From Flavobacteriales bacterium Tduv (GTDB taxonomy: Bacteria; Bacteroidota; Bacteroidia; Flavobacteriales; Blattabacteriaceae): DNA of 64,000 nucleotides. The notes below the pieces were generated by a model that had not been told where the DNA came from, made no database searches, and saw only the letters and a program-made list of their open reading frames with translations. Each line of letters opens with the position of its first letter. Position 1 is the stretch's first letter. Made by a program: the position numbers and the translations under genes. The DNA lies in the NCBI GenBank assembly GCA_047528255.1, contig CP180024.1, positions 1,046,324-1,110,323 of the forward strand, written 5' to 3'. Positions 62,261 through 64,000 of the stretch are shown in pieces.

Positions 62261-63946
62261 TCATCGATTCCAGAGGGCTTCTATCTCAGTAGGAGTGTAG
62301 TAAGATTTTCCGTCCAGAATATTCTGTACAAGACCACTCAAAATTTCGCCCAAACATGGCTTAGGTAAACGTTTGACGATAGCTACTTGATCCATTATAG
62401 CAAGGGGGCCTATCCGCTTGCGTATTTCATGCACGATCTCTGTATGGATCTGAAAAGTTTGATAATTTTCTTGGCTAGCTTTCAGATCGACAACGGTTAA
62501 CAGTAATTGCTCTTTGATTTCGCCATTGACTGCTACCACGACACATTCATTGACCGCCGGGTGTGAAACTACGACTTCTTCAATCCGAATAGCTGAGAGT
62601 GGATGTTGCGAAACATTAATAACGTCATCGATCTTTCTCGTGACATAGGTATAATCGTTATGATCAAAATAACCTGAATACCTGTCAAATAATATCCGGG
62701 GATATTTTTCAAGATAACTAGTTTTAAATTTTTCTGCAGTTCTCCACAGATTGAACAACGTTCCCGGAGGAAGGGGGCGTTTGAGATCTATATAGCCTTT
62801 TTCATTGGACCGAGCAGGTCTTTCGTTTTTTTTGAGTACGTGCATATGATAGGCGCAAACGGGGTTCCAAACGGAACCGGATTTGGTGGAATTGGATTTC
62901 AAACCGACAATATGAGACAACATCGACCACGCGCTTTCGGTTTTCCAGCATTGATCCATTATTCGAATGTCGAGAGCTCTCTCAAGCCATTGTGTAGTGG
63001 GCGCGTCATAACGCTCTCCTCAAAGGATCGGATATATCAATGAAGAGAGGTCATAATTTATTCAACAATAAAACCCTCTGGGCTTCATTTTTGATTGCGC
63101 GGATTGCCGTTGGAGCGGTAAACATGGTCTTGACGTGATGCTGACTGATGCCCCTCCAAAATGCTCCGGCATCAGGTGTACCTACAGGTTTTTCTTCGAA
63201 AAGTATCGTGCTGCAACGATGGATCAAAGGGCCATATACTCCATAGGAATTCCGGAGCACCCATCCAAGATTTGAAGCGGACCTCGTAGTTAATATCATA
63301 ATCTTTTTGGGGTTTGAAGGCTCCGAACTTTACGGATTGTAGCAGATAACCTTTTCGGATTTGTGCACGGCTTTAGCTATGGCTTCATCGAGCATGGTCT
63401 TGTAGGCACTTAACTCTGTGTATTATATCCCGGAGCTGGCAGTAATCATAACTTTAACCCGAGAGTCGTCGATGTGGGCAGCTAATTCATCGGGATCAAA
63501 ACAAGTGAAGATCAATATGTTAATGGTCCAATATGCACGCAGGAAAGCATGCTGAAAACGGCCTGAGGTATACATCGGTATGTATATGATAATGCGATCG
63601 CCTTTTGTCGCGCCTAAAGCTTGGAGACCACCTGCGAGCTTTTCTACTTGATCTTTGACTTGATTGAAAGTGTGTTTTTCGAAAGTGTCTGTATGACGGG
63701 AGCTCATGGATCAAGGCTGTTTGCTCTCCATAGCCGTCTTCAACGTGTTTTTCAACGGCAAGGTGACAGACATTGAGCTTACCATCAGGATACCAATGGC
63801 ATACCCCGTACTTGTCTTTTACCAGTGTGGTCTCAGGAGAATGAAATCACCGGATGCGTAGAGCTTGGGCAGCCTAGAATTTCTCAGGATTTTTGATACT
63901 CTATTGATAAGAGGTACTCGTAAAAATCGAAAGTAGATTCTTTCAT
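62261..63946 (-). pseudogene. second AMP-forming acyl-CoA synthetase (propionyl-/acetyl-CoA synthetase-like), pseudogene
   Basis: Fragments are ..KGDRIIIYIPM..ELAAHIDDSRVKVMITASSGI (63423..63707), ..SNLGWVLRNSYGVYGPLIHRCSTILFEEKPVGTPDAGAFWR..TAPTAIRAIK (63051..63299) and the open 232-aa C-terminal piece 62261..62959. In that last piece the A10 motif reads LPKPCLGEIL instead of LPKTRSGKIL. The N-terminus MKESTFDFYEY.. (start about 63946) is followed by stops. Confidence 0.75.
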
Positions 63947-64000
63947 AGCGTAGTAAGGTTGAGAATTCGGGTTATTAACCTACAACTTTTTCTTTTTGTG

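Noticed and set aside
62261-62959. The 232-aa ORF considered as an intact gene.
   Set aside because: It is only the C-terminal third of an acyl-CoA synthetase whose N-terminal two thirds (62960-63946) are fragmented. The A10 catalytic lysine motif is mutated.
1-64000. IS ends acting as portable outward promoters for the adjacent genes. IS termini lie only 58-220 nt upstream of the start codons of purD, ddl, feoA, lptB, ppa, metG, topA, the lipoprotein, ftsB-like and mnmE.
   Set aside because: I counted which terminus faces gene starts versus gene ends. Upstream flanks show right end 8 and left end 4. Downstream flanks show right end 5 and left end 7. That skew is too small to support a specific outward promoter. 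Close packing is expected if only intergenic insertions survived.
1-64000. A search for CRISPR arrays, tRNA, rRNA or tmRNA genes, and for defence, toxin-antitoxin, secretion-system, phage or biosynthetic gene clusters.
   Set aside because: All repeated sequence resolves to the one IS family. I saw no short regularly spaced repeats, no tRNA-like T-arm/acceptor signatures in the spacers, and no ORFs with motifs of such systems. A tRNAscan/Infernal and HMM pass would be needed to be definitive.

Overview
AT-rich bacterial chromosome segment with a Bacteroidota-type gene repertoire: a bacterial GH3-family protein, a MurF-Alr fusion, a DAHP synthase-chorismate mutase fusion, a FeoB-associated Cys-rich peptide and a lipocalin-like lipoprotein. 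It looks like a host-restricted or symbiont-like genome partway through erosion. About 22 apparently intact, mostly housekeeping CDS are present: purD, guaA, ddl, GH3, feoA/feoB plus a small peptide, recJ, rsmI, murF/alr, lptB, thiamine pyrophosphokinase, ppa, the metG core, topA, one lipoprotein, an FtsB-like protein, a pepP-like gene, mnmE, metK, rsgA and DAHPS/CM. They sit in 13 short islands separated by 13 clusters of a single IS5-family insertion sequence with a unit length of about 1.27 kb. By manual alignment I place about 31 copies or fragments, roughly 24.9 kb (about 39% of the window). None retains an open transposase frame, and most clusters are IS-in-IS piles. At least 8 non-IS pseudogenes are visible: a PduO-type adenosyltransferase, the C-terminal tRNA-binding domain of metG, a beta-lactamase-family hydrolase, the pheA-aminotransferase-tyrA part of the aromatic operon, acs and a prpE-like paralog. 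Two eroded ORF-free stretches are also present. I found no rRNA, tRNA, CRISPR array, defence, secretion or biosynthetic cluster, and no discrete novel multi-gene system. The signals most worth a second look are listed here.
- The dead IS swarm and its self-nesting.
- Degenerate 11-nt direct repeats of the IS terminus at several insertion sites.
- Selective decay of the terminal aromatic amino acid genes next to an intact DAHPS/CM.
- Ongoing loss of the metG C-terminal domain.
- An unannotated 53-aa FeoB-associated ORF.
- An intact GH3-family gene translationally coupled to ddl.

All coordinates of IS boundaries and pseudogene limits are hand-derived and approximate (a few nt to tens of nt). 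Apparent frameshifts could partly be sequencing errors, but in-frame stops and IS junctions cannot.
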